This document shows, one piece after another, positions 35,633 to 47,164 of a stretch of 64,000 nucleotides of DNA. Every line of letters begins with the position of its first letter. Positions within the stretch are counted from its first letter, which is position 1. Below the pieces are notes generated by a model, which saw only the letters and a list, made by a program, of their open reading frames with translations, was not told the origin of the DNA and ran no database searches. The translations under genes were made by a program, and so were the position numbers. Source of the stretch: an uncultured Planctomycetaceae bacterium (GTDB lineage Bacteria > Planctomycetota > Planctomycetia > Planctomycetales > Planctomycetaceae); contig CAWFGE010000013.1 of the NCBI GenBank assembly GCA_963815195.1, forward strand, positions 1,024,001-1,088,000, written 5' to 3'.

Positions 35633-38600
35633 TTACGGCACGAACACGAACTCCGGCGAGTTCAAAATCGCCCAGAGCATGTCTTCGTAGCGTTCCCGCC
35701 AATCGGGTTGCAGCCGGGGCGAAGGCCGGTCGCCCTGTTTCACGGCTTTTTGCAGTTCGATCTGCACGCGGTTGGATTCCTCGCTGAGATGGTTGGACCA
35801 CGAGACGCCCGCGTTCCGCAGCCGCTCGATCTTCAACTCTTCCGGCGAGACTTCGCGAAGCCTGTTTGGATAACCGTCTTTCAAAAGTGCGATAAAGGTT
35901 TCCCGTTCCGCCGGCGTCGCGGGGCGGGTGAAAGCCTGGCGGTAAACGCGATCGATCAATGTTTCCAGCGGCTGGTCTTCGGTCGCGAGCTTTGTGAAAG
36001 CGCTGTCTTCGGAGCACCGCGTGAACCGCCGGCCCAAGACGCCATTGGCGAGAACGGCCGGTTGCAAGACGGTGGGAGACGTGTCGCGGACCGTGAGCGG
36101 ATCCTGCCGGGACGCCCGCCAGCCGAACGATTCCAGCACGTCCAAAAACGGCTGGGCCATCGGCAGCGACAGGCTCGGCCGGTCCCGCTCGTTGGACAGC
36201 GACGTGAATTCCCACGCCCGCCGGGGATACCCCAAATTCAAGGATGTGGTAAACACCCGCGAGCCGTCGGCGTCGATGTTGAGTTCCCCCGCGTAAAAAT
36301 CCTTCCCGCAGGCCGTGAACATCGAATCGACCACCTCTTCCGCCGACATCCGCCGCCGGAGCGGACCGGCAAACAACGCATCCTCGTCCCCGCGGCTGGG
36401 TTGAGCGATTCGCTGGTAGGTGTGCGACGTGAAAATCAACCGAGCCACATGCTTCAAGTCGTAGCCGCTGTGGACCAACTCCCGCGCGAGAAATTCCAGA
36501 AGCTCGGGATGCGAAGGCGCGGCGTGCTCCCAATCATCGACCGGCTCGACCAGTCCCCGGCCGAGGTAACGTTTCCACATCCGATTGACGATCACCTGGG
36601 CGAAGCGGTCGTTGTTCGGCGAAGTCACCAACGCCGCAAGCTGCTCGCGGGAGTCGGGCCGGTTCGGCACAAGGTCTTCGATTGAATCGGCGGGAACCAG
36701 TTCCGCGAACGGCCACTGGGGAGCAATTTTCTCGCCGGGGCTGAGCGTGACCGCGACGATCAACGACCGCGTTCCGCCGCCGGGGATCAAACTCGACGGC
36801 GGCACCGCCTGCGGCCCGCGGTTGAGCATCGCCGCGACCTGGAACAAATCCGACTGCTTAAATTCGTGGAACGGGGCATCGTGGCAGCGGGCGCACTTCA
36901 TCTCCAACCCCAAGAACGCCTGCCCGATGATATGGGCCTTTGCGGCCATTGGCACGTCGTTCTGGCTCGCCATCGCAAACCCGCCCGGCCCGCCGTAATA
37001 CTGGCTGCCTTCCATGCGGATCAATTCCGTCGCGAAGCGGTCGAACGGCTTGTTGTCCAAGAACGACTCCTGAATCCACCAGCGGAACGGACCCGTGTTG
37101 TTGAGCGTGGGATTGACAATGTTCGGATTCTCCGCCAGCACGTCCTGCCAATAACCCACCCAATGGTCCGCCCAACCGTCCTCTTCCAATATCCGGTCGA
37201 CGTATCGCTCCCGGCGGTTCACCGAGTCGCCGGCGAAGAAGGTTTTCGATTGCTCGGGAGTGGGCACAGTGCCCAGGACATCCAAAGTCACCCGCCGCAA
37301 AAACGCCCAGTCATCGATCAAGGTGGCGGGCGATTTGCTTGCTTGTTCCAAGCGGTGGTTGATGAACCGATCGATCGAATTTTTAACCGCCTTGGGTTCC
37401 TTCACCGCCGGGAGTGCGATCGCGGGCCGTTTTTCAAGTATCGAGCGGGCGACTTGATGCCGGCGGTTCCAATACTCGGTTTCCTCCTTGCCGGCGACCT
37501 GGCGCCGCTCGGCGTTGAGGTTTCTTTGATACAACTGGTCCTGTTCGCGGAACGCGTGGAACTCGTCATCCGTCAGCGCGAACCGCCATACGGGCTTTGG
37601 GCTGAGGATCCGAAACAGCCCGTCTTCGGCTTCGAGACTGACGGACGTTTCCCCAAGCTCCGGACGTTTCTTCTTGCCGCCGAGGAACAGTTCCAACCGC
37701 AGGCGGTGCGGTTTGCCGTCGCCTTCGATCTCCACGACCTTTTCGTTGTCGCCGGTGGCCAGCGGGCGGATCGTGTTGTTCTGGACGACCTCCACGTGCC
37801 GGATTTTTCCGTGGGCGGTGCCGCTGATCGTATGGAACGGCGATTCCAGAATCAGTTTGCCGTCGAGAAACAGCCTGGCTCCATTGCGAGCCCGCAAGAG
37901 CAGTCGGCACTTGCGGTCGGGCAGCGTGATCATCCCGGTGGCGCGGAGGGCAAACGGATTGGTGCGGTCGATCTGCACTCCGCGTTCGTTGTATTTTCCG
38001 GGAACGTTCAGAAAGCCGAACGCGGGGGCCGTGTAAAAATCCAACGCGGGCGGCGGTGGATCGATCCAGGATCGCTGATCGGGAATGCCCTCCAGGACTT
38101 CCACGAGGACGCCGTCTTTGGGAAGTTCACGCTCCACGAAAAGGGTTTCCGACGCCCGCTGCCAGAACCGGCGGCCGATTTGTGTTTCGGTGAGGACTTT
38201 GCGGTAGATGGCGACCTCGTCGATGTCGCCTTGGAAACTGCTGGCTTGCGAGCCGCCCATGGACGAGCCGATCCAGAGCTCATCGTTATCGACCACGGGA
38301 GGTTGGGCGGTCTCGCCGCCATAGTCCCAGGTGCCCGTGACAGGCCGGCCGTCGAGATAGCCGCGGATGCTCTTGGGGTTTCCGAACTCGTATGTCACCG
38401 CGACATGATGCCAGCCGCTTTGGGGGACGAAGCCCGAGTCGGCGTTCCAGCGGTGGAAATCGCCCTTGACGCCTATGCGGTTTTTCGCCGAGCGAAACAG
38501 AAAACTGATGCGGGCCGTGCCGCCGACGCCGCGAAGCCGGAGGGCGTAGTTCTGGTTATCGCGGGAAAAGTCTTTATGTCCGGTGCGGCCTTTGCCGACG

Positions 38601-39070
38601 ATGTAAACCTGCTGGTTCTCGGCCACGCGGGTCGGATTGACCCAGGCTTCGAGCGTGATGGCGTCGCCGTTGTCAAAATCCAAAACGCTCTTGTCGCCCG
38701 GATCGGTCACGCGGAGAAAATTCCCGCCGCCGGCAAACCGGGCCGAGCGGTTTTCGCGGCCGAACGCCGGAAACAAGGGCGGCCGCGGTCCAGGCGATTG
38801 AACCCCGACCTGCCCAGAAACCTCCGCATCCAAACCCGCCGTGCCGCTCAAGCTGGGCACGCGCTGCGCGGAACCCTCCTCGAACCGCCAATAGCAGGCG
38901 GGCTGGTCTTGGAGAATGAGTGCCGCATACCGTCCCGGTCGCGATTCCGCCACGGCCGGCACCGCCGCGTGAAGGGAAATGTTTGGCCCAGGGGAGAGCA
39001 GGATCGCAAGCCCCATCAGCAGGAGTTTCGCACAAAGGTGGACAGGAACAACTCGCATATCACCACTCAT
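35633..39070 (-). CDS. LamG/ConA-like + DUF1549/DUF1553 planctomycete protein
   Basis: WHHVAVTY/FQGDIDEVAIY (LamG); FLRRVTLDVLG, CARCHD, IVNRMWKRYLGRGLVEPVDD, PSHPELL and LNSPEF motifs. Confidence 0.9.
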   Translation of the reverse strand: MSGDMRVVPVHLCAKLLLMGLAILLSPGPNISLHAAVPAVAESRPGRYAALILQDQPACYWRFEEGSAQRVPSLSGTAGLDAEVSGQVGVQSPGPRPPLFPAFGRENRSARFAGGGNFLRVTDPGDKSVLDFDNGDAITLEAWVNPTRVAENQQVYIVGKGRTGHKDFSRDNQNYALRLRGVGGTARISFLFRSAKNRIGVKGDFHRWNADSGFVPQSGWHHVAVTYEFGNPKSIRGYLDGRPVTGTWDYGGETAQPPVVDNDELWIGSSMGGSQASSFQGDIDEVAIYRKVLTETQIGRRFWQRASETLFVERELPKDGVLVEVLEGIPDQRSWIDPPPPALDFYTAPAFGFLNVPGKYNERGVQIDRTNPFALRATGMITLPDRKCRLLLRARNGARLFLDGKLILESPFHTISGTAHGKIRHVEVVQNNTIRPLATGDNEKVVEIEGDGKPHRLRLELFLGGKKKRPELGETSVSLEAEDGLFRILSPKPVWRFALTDDEFHAFREQDQLYQRNLNAERRQVAGKEETEYWNRRHQVARSILEKRPAIALPAVKEPKAVKNSIDRFINHRLEQASKSPATLIDDWAFLRRVTLDVLGTVPTPEQSKTFFAGDSVNRRERYVDRILEEDGWADHWVGYWQDVLAENPNIVNPTLNNTGPFRWWIQESFLDNKPFDRFATELIRMEGSQYYGGPGGFAMASQNDVPMAAKAHIIGQAFLGLEMKCARCHDAPFHEFKQSDLFQVAAMLNRGPQAVPPSSLIPGGGTRSLIVAVTLSPGEKIAPQWPFAELVPADSIEDLVPNRPDSREQLAALVTSPNNDRFAQVIVNRMWKRYLGRGLVEPVDDWEHAAPSHPELLEFLARELVHSGYDLKHVARLIFTSHTYQRIAQPSRGDEDALFAGPLRRRMSAEEVVDSMFTACGKDFYAGELNIDADGSRVFTTSLNLGYPRRAWEFTSLSNERDRPSLSLPMAQPFLDVLESFGWRASRQDPLTVRDTSPTVLQPAVLANGVLGRRFTRCSEDSAFTKLATEDQPLETLIDRVYRQAFTRPATPAERETFIALLKDGYPNRLREVSPEELKIERLRNAGVSWSNHLSEESNRVQIELQKAVKQGDRPSPRLQPDWRERYEDMLWAILNSPEFVFVP

Positions 39071-39397
39071 TTCAGAAATCGGAGGCGAATCAGGCGGGAC
39101 GCGGAGGCGGGCATTCTTTCAGTTCGTCATTCATTGAACCATGCGATAACTTGACGGTCAAGGATTCCGAGCGGGCTTGGGACGGCTGCCCCGGCTCGAA
39201 ACGCAGTTTTCCAACTCCTCGACAACCTCTTTCCTGAAAATGTCTCTCAATCTTGTCATACCGTGCTTGTGTGCAGCGGCTCGGCAATGGAAAATAGCAA
39301 TTCCTTTTAGGGTGACATTTTTCCATTGTGACCGTTAAAGGCCTCACAAGGCCAGAAATCCACATCAACACGAATCGGTCGAAAAAAATGGCATGCT

Positions 39398-39757
39398 TTG
39401 GCGGGTTTGCTCCAGGTGACACTGGACGCAACCACCAGCCGCATTCCGGGCTTGGGGGACTTGCCCTACATCGGACCGATGTTCAGCAATACGACGCACA
39501 AACGCATGGAAAAAGAGCTCCTGGTTTTGGTGACTCCGTTTCTCGTGACTCCTCTGCCCGCGCAGGACGTGCCCCCGCTTCCCGGCGACGAGGTGTTGGA
39601 TCCCACCGACTGCGAGTTTTTCTTTCTCAATCGGATTGAGGGCCGGACCGGGGTGCGATATCGTTCCACGCTCGGTTGGGACGACCCGCTTCATGTCGAG
39701 CACCTGCTGAAATTGGAGCGGACCAACATCTGTGGTCCCCATGGATTCACGTACTGA
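39398..39757 (+). pseudogene. C-terminal fragment of a secretin (CpaC/RcpA-like)
   Basis: AGLL...SRIPGLGDLPYIGPMFS......KELLVLVTP secretin signature; no N-terminal portion upstream. Confidence 0.75.
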
Positions 39758-40278
39758 ATGGCCATTCCCAAAAATTTGATGGACAATTGGGGACGTTGTT
39801 GCGCATGAATAAGGCTCAAGGCACAATCCGAGACAATGGCGGGGCAATGGTCGACGCTCAGAGACAACGCGACATCGGCACTGCGTGATACCGCGTCCGG
39901 CCTCCCCGAGGGAAGAAGACGAGATACTCTGTCGTACCGTCCTAGCTTACTTCCCCCGTGTCCCTGGCTTGCATGTGTCCTCTCGTCTCGCCGAGACTTC
40001 AACACAACAGGTTCCCCATTCGCCCTTACCTTCTTTATCTGCCAGCGGAAGGAGGTGTTTCCAAAGCCCGTCCCGCACTCATTTGGCTGTTCCCTTACCA
40101 ATCCGGCCAAGGCACGGCGCGGCATGGGATCGATGCGACAACCGCTTGTTTCCGGAAAACGTTTTCCGTTACCCTGTATGGAGTGTGATTGCGATTCCCG
40201 TTCGCCCGTGTTTCCTGGGCAAGCTCTTGATGAAATATCTCTGATGCCGTCCGTGCTGATGGGAAGATTGGTTTCAGG

Positions 40279-41803
40279 ATGAACTGGTTGAGACGCCACC
40301 GGTTTGTGTTCCTGTTCGCGATCGGGCTCGTCTGCGCGATCCGCTCCGGCGCTGGCCAAGGATCCGCCCGGCCTTGTGGCCCGATTCACGACACCGGACG
40401 GCAGCGGTCTCACGCAGATGGCCGTCTCTCCCGACGAGACGGTTTTGTTGGGATCGTCCCGGGGACGGATTTGGGAATGGACGCCTCAAGCATCGGCGGT
40501 CCGCGAATTCGTCGCCTCCCCGGTCGACCGCGCTCCGATCTTGAACCTGCAATTTGACGAAAAGGGCGGGCTCGTCCTGCAACAAGGCCGGCAACTGATT
40601 TTTCAGGACGAGCGCGGACAGCGGAAAACCGTCTCCTTGCCCAAGCTGTCGTTTTTGGCGATTTCGCCGTCCGGCGGGCAGTTGGCGGGGATGGGCGGCG
40701 ATCCGCCCATCGTGTTCCTCGATTCGGCTTCTGGAGAAAAAACGCATCGCGTGGACCGCCAGGTGTGGGTGGACGAGATGCACTTTTCGCCCGACGGTCG
40801 CCGATTGGCCACCGCCCGCTTCGGCCGCTTGTATCTGTGGGACGCGGAAACCGGCAAGCTGCTTTGGAAGACCCGGCTGGAAGGCAACGTGCAAGGCGTG
40901 GCCTTTGCTCCGAATCCCACGTTTCTCTTGGCCGCCGTCAACCGCGAAGGGTTATGGGTGGTCGACGCCGAGTCGGGGGAGATTCGGGATCGGCTCCGGC
41001 GGTCGCACTCCATCAACGACGATTCGTCGCTGCATCGATTCTCCGTCTCTCCCGATGGAACGCTGGTCGCGGAAACGCTGCCCGATCGGCACATCGAGAT
41101 TTGGGAAACCTACACCGGCCGGCCCGTGTTGCTGTTGGAGAAACATCCCAGTGAGATTGCGGACGTGCATTTTCTCCCGGACGGCTTGCATCTCGTCTCG
41201 GGCGACTCGCAGGGAAATGCGTATCTGTGGGATCTCGCCTCCGCGGACTTCGCGGGCTCGTTCGACGCCGGGCGGCCTTATTCGCAGGAAGAATTGGGGA
41301 GGCTCTGGCGGATGCTCGGCGAGTCGCGCGGACACGCCTCGTGGTCGGCGATGGTGGCCCTCAAGCATCGCCCCGACCAGGCCCTCCCGCTCATCGATCA
41401 TCCGCCCAACGACGATCTGTTGATACAAGGTCTCATCGAACGCATGGATCACGATCAGTTTTCCGACCGGCAATCGGCTTATCGGGCGCTGCGTCAACTC
41501 AGCCTCAATGCCGAGCCCTTTTTAAGAGAAGCGCTCGATACCACGAAATCCGCCGAACTCAGATCCCGCGCCCGGCGTTTGCTGGCCTATCTCGAAGGCC
41601 CCCAGCGCGAAAGCCAACGCCGGCTGATGGAAGAATCGCGAAACCATCGGCAACTGCGGACGATTCAACTGTTAAAATGGATCGGCACGCCGGAAGCCAA
41701 ACGCCGGCTGGAGGCGATCCGCGATTCCGCCCAAGACCCGGCGGTCCGCAACCAGTCCCAGGCCGCGCTCAAACGGCTGAACGGCAAGGGCAAGGAAGAT
41801 TAA
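40279..41803 (+). CDS. Secreted WD40-like beta-propeller + helical-repeat protein, frameshifted at about 40338
   Basis: FSPDG..LA, LWD repeats. The signal peptide lies in the frame starting at ATG 40279. Confidence 0.8.
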
Positions 41804-41850
41804 ACGTGTCGCGGCTGAAAGCCACCGCGACGCGACGTGCGTGACGCCGA

Positions 41851-43045
41851 TCAAAACTCGACGAGCGAACCCGGTTTGAGGGCCTGCTGGGGCAGCGGGA
41901 AGCTTGCATCGAACACCCGCATCTGTTCGGGCTTTTCGATCGTGTTATGGCTCTCGTCGAACACGCCGGTTTGGGGGTCGAGAACGCCCGCGGGATCGAG
42001 CTTCAGGTGCTTGACCATAAACGGGTACATCGCTTGCCGTTTCGAGAGTTGGTAGCCGTGGCCCTCGTCGGCGAAATGCACGTTCTCCACATTCCCGGCT
42101 TTGCCGAAGAGTTTGTAGACGCTTTGAATGTAGGGGTATTCGACCTTCGGCGTGTTCTTGGTCCAGTCGCCGCCGACGGAAATCAGCAGCATCGGCCGCG
42201 GGGCGGCGAGGGCGGCGATCTCGGCGTTGTTGGTTTCGAGTTCTTCGGTTTTGTGGATGGGCATGCCGCTCTCGCAGTTGCAGCCGCCGAAGAAATGGGC
42301 CGAGACCATCACCACGGGCACGGACACGCTCACGCGGTCATCGACCGCCGTCAAGAGAAACGTCTGCGTCCCGCCCCCCGAACAACCGGTGACGCCCAGG
42401 CGTTTCTTGTCCACGTCCGTTAGCGATTCCAGAAAGTCGAGTGCCCGGATGCTGCTCCAGGTTTGGAGCGTGAGGACTTGAGGATGTTCGTGCTTCCAGC
42501 CGAGCTTTGCCGAGTCGCCGACGCCGACCATGTCATAAGAAAACACGACCGCCCCCATGCGGGCCAAGGTCGCGCAGCGGTTTTGATGATCGGGCCTTAA
42601 GCGTCCGCCATCCGGGCCGCGGTAGTGTCCGTGCGGACAAAGGATCCCCGCGAACGGCCCTTTCTTTCCGAGCGGCCGGTAGAGACTTCCGTAAACGAAA
42701 AACCCGGGCCGGGCCTCGAACGCCGCGGACTCCACGGTGTATCCCTCGTAGGTCCGCTTGTTGCGAACGATCGGATGGAGCGGCGTGCGCTGGGGGAGCG
42801 GATCCAATTGGGTTCCCGCGAGGATTTGCTGGCGAATCCGCGCGGCCCGGTCTTTCCATTCTTTGAGGTTCGAATACGTCGAAGCCAGCCGGTCGAGTCT
42901 GTTTGACGGCGTCCGCTTCGGACTGGTAATACCCCTGGCAAAGCTGCGGTTTGGCTTTGGCCTCGGAAGGCTTTGGATCGTCCCCTCGGATCGCGGATAA
43001 CGGAGCAGACAAGACGATGGCGAGCGCGAGCAGATAGTGTTTCAT
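41851..43045 (-). CDS. Secreted alpha/beta-hydrolase (acetylxylan-esterase-like), frameshifted at about 42899
   Basis: CPHGH, RALDFL and GCSGGG nucleophile elbow. Signal peptide [11 protein letters not shown] in the upstream frame. Confidence 0.85.
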
Positions 43046-43434
43046 TCCCGAATCCTCCGCGAAAAGTTGTAGCTGTTTGGGCCTGGGCAAACCGCGATTT
43101 CATCATCCCGGTTCATTCTACTGCTCCACGTTCGATTGCCAAAGCCCGCGGAAGTTTTCCACCGGATCACTTGCGTTGGGCGGCACGCCCTGAGGAACGA
43201 AGGGCGTAGTCCAATGCGGTTCGCCACGGCCTTCGCTGGGCCAGGGACGTGCCACCCGATCGCTGAAGATAGACGACACACCATGCTTGCAACGGCTTTG
43301 CGGGGGGGACTACTATCGGTGTCTCGTTTCTGGTCCTGGATCATACGCGCGGAATGCGGTGATCTCGCAAAGGTCGCGGCGGCATCTTACCGGCGTCGAT
43401 CGGTCTCGGCGGCTAAAAGCCGCCGCTACGGAGG

Positions 43435-45252
43435 ATGGCTTTGACTGAACGTCCCGATGTTTCAAGCTCCCCGCGTTTCGTGCGGATCGGTTCGCGGTTC
43501 CGCGAGGATGCGGTGCTGTTGGGGACGCTGTTCGGCGTCGTTTCGGCGCTGGCTTATACCGGCACGAATCTCACGCTCCGCCGGATGGCCAATACGCAGA
43601 ACATCGATTGGGCGATTTGGGTCTCGTGCTGGAAAGGCGTGCCCGCGGCGATTGTCGCCTGGATTCTCGTCGCCTATCGCGCAAAGCGGGGCCTCTCCGC
43701 CCTGCCCCCCAAGGCGCTCGTGCTGCCCTTGGTCGCCACCGGGTTGTTTATGCAGTTCATCGGCAACGTCTCCTTCCAATGGGCCCTGAGCCTGGGCGGG
43801 TTGGCGCTCACGGTGCCTTTGACGTTCGCCACGCTGATCGGCTCCGGGGCCGTCTTGGGGCGGATGGTCCTCGGCGAACCGATCACGCTGCGGTCGGCGG
43901 TCGCGATCGGTGTTTTGGTGATGTCGATTGCCGTCCTCAGCCTGGGAGCGGACGACGCGACCGGAGCCATGCTCGCGGAAAGTTCGTGGCTGGACATCGC
44001 GGCGGCGGTCCTGGCCGCGAGCCTGGCGGGGTTGGCCTATGGAACGTGCGGCGTCGTGATCCGCCGGACCATGACCGGCCGGCACAACGTCTCGCTGTCC
44101 GGGACGCTGGTGCTTCTGAGCACGACCGGCGTCGTCGGGCTGGGGCTCGCGAGTTGGCTCCGCCTCGGAACGGATCGAATGTGGGAAACCACCGGCCCCG
44201 AACTCGCCGACATGCTGGCGGCGGGATGCTTGAACGCGATCGCGTTTTTTGCCTGCGGAGCGGCGCTCATGCGGTTGTCGGTCGTGCGGGTCAACTTGAT
44301 CAACGCCTCCCAAGCCGCGATGTGCGCGGCCGGCGGCGTCATGTTTTTCGATGAGGCCCTTTCCGTCTGGCTGGTTTTGGGAACATTACTCACGATGGGA
44401 GGCTTGATGCTCATGGAACGCCCTGCGAATCAGCCGATCGAGGAAGAACCGGATGAAAAAAGCGGTCCCGGCGGAAGTGCTTCCGAGGCCCAGCGGATCG
44501 GGACCGAAACGTTCATCGGCACGTTGGAAATCCACGATGAATTGCCTTCGACGAACAACCGGGCCTTGGAACTCGCGGAGCGGCAGGACCTGGAACTGCC
44601 CGCGCTCATCGTAGCGGACCGGCAAACCGCGGGACGCGGGCGCGGCGAAAACGCCTGGTGGTCGGCGGAGGGGGCGTTGACATTTTCGCTGATCCTGGAC
44701 GCGGGCGGGTGCGGCATCGCGCCCGAACGCTGGCCGCAGGTCTCGCTGACGACCGGCCTCGCCGTCTGCGAAGCGCTCGATGCCCTCGTCCCGCAGGCGA
44801 ACCTGAAACTCAAATGGCCCAACGATGTGATGCTCGGCGGCAAAAAGCTGTGCGGCATCTTGAGCGAGATCCCCTCCTCGCTCAAAGGCCGGATCGTCGT
44901 GGGCATCGGCATCAATGTGAACAACAGCCTCGAAGACGCTCCGCCGGCGGTGCGGGACGTGGCGGTCTCGCTGCGGGACGCCACGGGTGCTCGGCACGAC
45001 GGGCTCGACGTGTTGATTCGCGTCCTTCAGCATCTGGAACTGGAGTTCGCCCGCCTCTCGGAAAGCTCCATGAGCCTTTCCAAACGCTTTCGCGAGCGGT
45101 GCTGGCTCAACGGCCGCGAGGTCTCCATCGAAAACGGCTTCGCCGCCGTCCAAGGCCTCTGCGGCGGGATCGACGACGAAGGCGCCCTCCTGGTGCAGAC
45201 TCCCTTAGGCCTCGAACGCGTTCTCAGCGGCACCGTCACCGCCATCGGCTGA
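43435..45252 (+). CDS. birA: EamA/DMT transporter fused to a biotin-protein ligase (BirA catalytic domain, no HTH)
   Basis: About ten TM helices in residues ~25-330, then STN, QTAGRGRG..W, LKWPND, KKLCGIL and GIGINVN motifs in a single frame. Confidence 0.85.
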   Translation: MALTERPDVSSSPRFVRIGSRFREDAVLLGTLFGVVSALAYTGTNLTLRRMANTQNIDWAIWVSCWKGVPAAIVAWILVAYRAKRGLSALPPKALVLPLVATGLFMQFIGNVSFQWALSLGGLALTVPLTFATLIGSGAVLGRMVLGEPITLRSAVAIGVLVMSIAVLSLGADDATGAMLAESSWLDIAAAVLAASLAGLAYGTCGVVIRRTMTGRHNVSLSGTLVLLSTTGVVGLGLASWLRLGTDRMWETTGPELADMLAAGCLNAIAFFACGAALMRLSVVRVNLINASQAAMCAAGGVMFFDEALSVWLVLGTLLTMGGLMLMERPANQPIEEEPDEKSGPGGSASEAQRIGTETFIGTLEIHDELPSTNNRALELAERQDLELPALIVADRQTAGRGRGENAWWSAEGALTFSLILDAGGCGIAPERWPQVSLTTGLAVCEALDALVPQANLKLKWPNDVMLGGKKLCGILSEIPSSLKGRIVVGIGINVNNSLEDAPPAVRDVAVSLRDATGARHDGLDVLIRVLQHLELEFARLSESSMSLSKRFRERCWLNGREVSIENGFAAVQGLCGGIDDEGALLVQTPLGLERVLSGTVTAIG

Positions 45253-45449
45253 CCCAAGAAAAGGAGCGGCGGCATCTTGCCGCCGCTACGAAAGATGCTC
45301 GCACGCGGTGCAGACGTTCTTAGCTGAGGAACGTCAAGAAAATAACTTCAACATGGGGGCAAAAAGGCGAGCGGGGGGCGTAAGCCCGGGCGTAAGCCCC
45401 TTGGTCATGTTGAGGCGGTCAAAAGTTTAAATGATTTTCTTGGCGATCC

Positions 45450-46032
45450 TTATTGCAGTTCTTCGACCTTGTGCAGGATGGCTTTGCTGTCTTCGGCGGC
45501 TTTGACTTCGGTGTTCTTCATCGCGATTTTGCCGTCGCGGTCCACCAGGAAGGTCCACCGCTTCGCCGTTCCGCCGCGGGTCAGCGTTTCGGTCTTCCCG
45601 TCCACTTCGCGTTCGATGGATTTCTTGCCCTTGGTAAACGGCACGCCGAAGGCCCCCGCGACTTTGCCTTCCTCATCGGCGAGGAGTGTGAAGTTCAGGT
45701 TCTCGGCCTTTTTGAACAACTGATGGTTGCGGACGGAGTCCCCGCTCACGCCGACCACGACGACGCCTTTGTCTTCGAGCTTCTTCATGTCGTCGCGGAA
45801 GCCGCAGGCTTGCTTGGTGCAGCCGCCGGTCATGTCCGCGGGATAGAAATACACCACGAGGATCTTCTTGCCCACCACATCGGAGGACTTAAAGACTTTG
45901 CCTTGATCGTTCATCGCCTGGAACTGCGGGGCGGCATCGCCGACTTTCAGAATCCGCCTCTTTGTCCGCGGCTCGAACCGATCCGCCCGCCAAAACCAAC
46001 GCCGCCATCCAACCCGCTACCCAAACTTTCAT
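45450..46032 (-). CDS. Peroxiredoxin (BCP/PrxQ) with signal peptide, frameshifted at about 45951
   Basis: YFYPADMTGGCTKQAC motif; LKVGDAAP joins the signal-peptide frame if one base is removed. Confidence 0.88.
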
Positions 46033-46302
46033 CGTGGTGTCTCCCAAAAAGTTTTTTGAATTTCGCCTTCCCTCGGAAAGCGGAACCAAGTCGTCACATC
46101 AGACATCCAGAATATGACCACGCCCCGCCCCCGTCAACGATCCGGCAACCCGCGGGGGTTCTAGCCGGCGGCGTTTTTTTGCGGTCGTCGCAAAACCGGC
46201 GGCTCGCGCCCAGCCGCTCACGAAAACGCATTCCCTCTCCCGCCACGAAACGACTATGATGGAACGGTAACCGGGAGACGTTTGGTCGAAAGGAGATTCG
46301 AG

Positions 46303-46905
46303 ATGAGCGAAGAACCACGCCGGAATTGGGAGGCGCGGTATCAAACGGGGGATTTGCCTTGGGATTCGGGAATCCGCTCGCGGGAACTCGCGCGGGTGCT
46401 TAAAGAGTTCGAGATCGCTCCCGGCCGGGCCGTGGAATTGGGCTGCGGCACGGGGACGAACGCGGTGTTCCTCGCCGAGCAAAACTTCGACGTGACCGGC
46501 CTCGATGTTTCCCCCACCGCTCTCGAGATGGCCCAACAGCGGGCGGCGGTCGCGAATGTGAACGTTCAATTTCTTGTGGCGGACTTGACGCAGTTCGATC
46601 TCGACCTGGAGCCGTTCGATTTTCTGTTTGACCGGGGCTGCTTTCACTGTGCCCGCAAAGAGAATCTCGCGGGCTTTTTGGAGACGCTCAAAAAGTTGAG
46701 CCGGCCGGGGACGCGGTATTTGGTGCTCGCCGGCAATGCCAACGAGCAAAACGATCACGAAGGTCCGCCCCGCGTGCACGAGCACGAAATCCGCGCGGAT
46801 TTGGGCGGATTGTTCGATTTCGAGAGGATTCGCGAGTTTCATTTCGAGGACGCGGGCGGCACCCAGGGGCCGTTGGGCTGGTCGGGCTTATTGACCCGCC
46901 GATAA
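46303..46905 (+). CDS. Class I SAM-dependent methyltransferase (TPMT-like)
   Basis: WEARY...LPWD, ELGCGTG and FDRGCFH motifs. Confidence 0.88.
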   Translation: MSEEPRRNWEARYQTGDLPWDSGIRSRELARVLKEFEIAPGRAVELGCGTGTNAVFLAEQNFDVTGLDVSPTALEMAQQRAAVANVNVQFLVADLTQFDLDLEPFDFLFDRGCFHCARKENLAGFLETLKKLSRPGTRYLVLAGNANEQNDHEGPPRVHEHEIRADLGGLFDFERIREFHFEDAGGTQGPLGWSGLLTRR

Positions 46906-47163
46906 CCGAGGCGAGCCGACTTCGCGGAGGCGGTTCAGAATTTCCTCGGGCGTGGGGACGGCTCCCAAACCCAACCGGCCCAGCCAGCCGCGGTCTTTCC
47001 AGCGGTTGAAAATCACCTCGCCGTCCGATTCGACGCGGAACGTGCCCCAAAAGCCTTGTTTGATCTCGGTTTCAAAACCCAGTTCGCGCTCGACGGCCCG
47101 GGCGATCTCTTCCGCCGGCCCGCGGAGCCGGCAGGGCGGGCAGTAATAGATCGTCACCTGCAT
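46888..47163 (-). CDS. Rdx family (SelT/SelW-like) small thioredoxin-fold protein
   Basis: VTIYYCPPC (CxxC), G..GTFRV..DGEVIF and P.PEEIL motifs. Confidence 0.75.
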   Translation of the reverse strand: MQVTIYYCPPCRLRGPAEEIARAVERELGFETEIKQGFWGTFRVESDGEVIFNRWKDRGWLGRLGLGAVPTPEEILNRLREVGSPRLSAGQ

Positions 47164-47164
47164 C

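Noticed and set aside
46888..47163. Selenoprotein (Rdx family)
   Set aside because: The motif is CPPC with ordinary Cys codons; there is no in-frame TGA.
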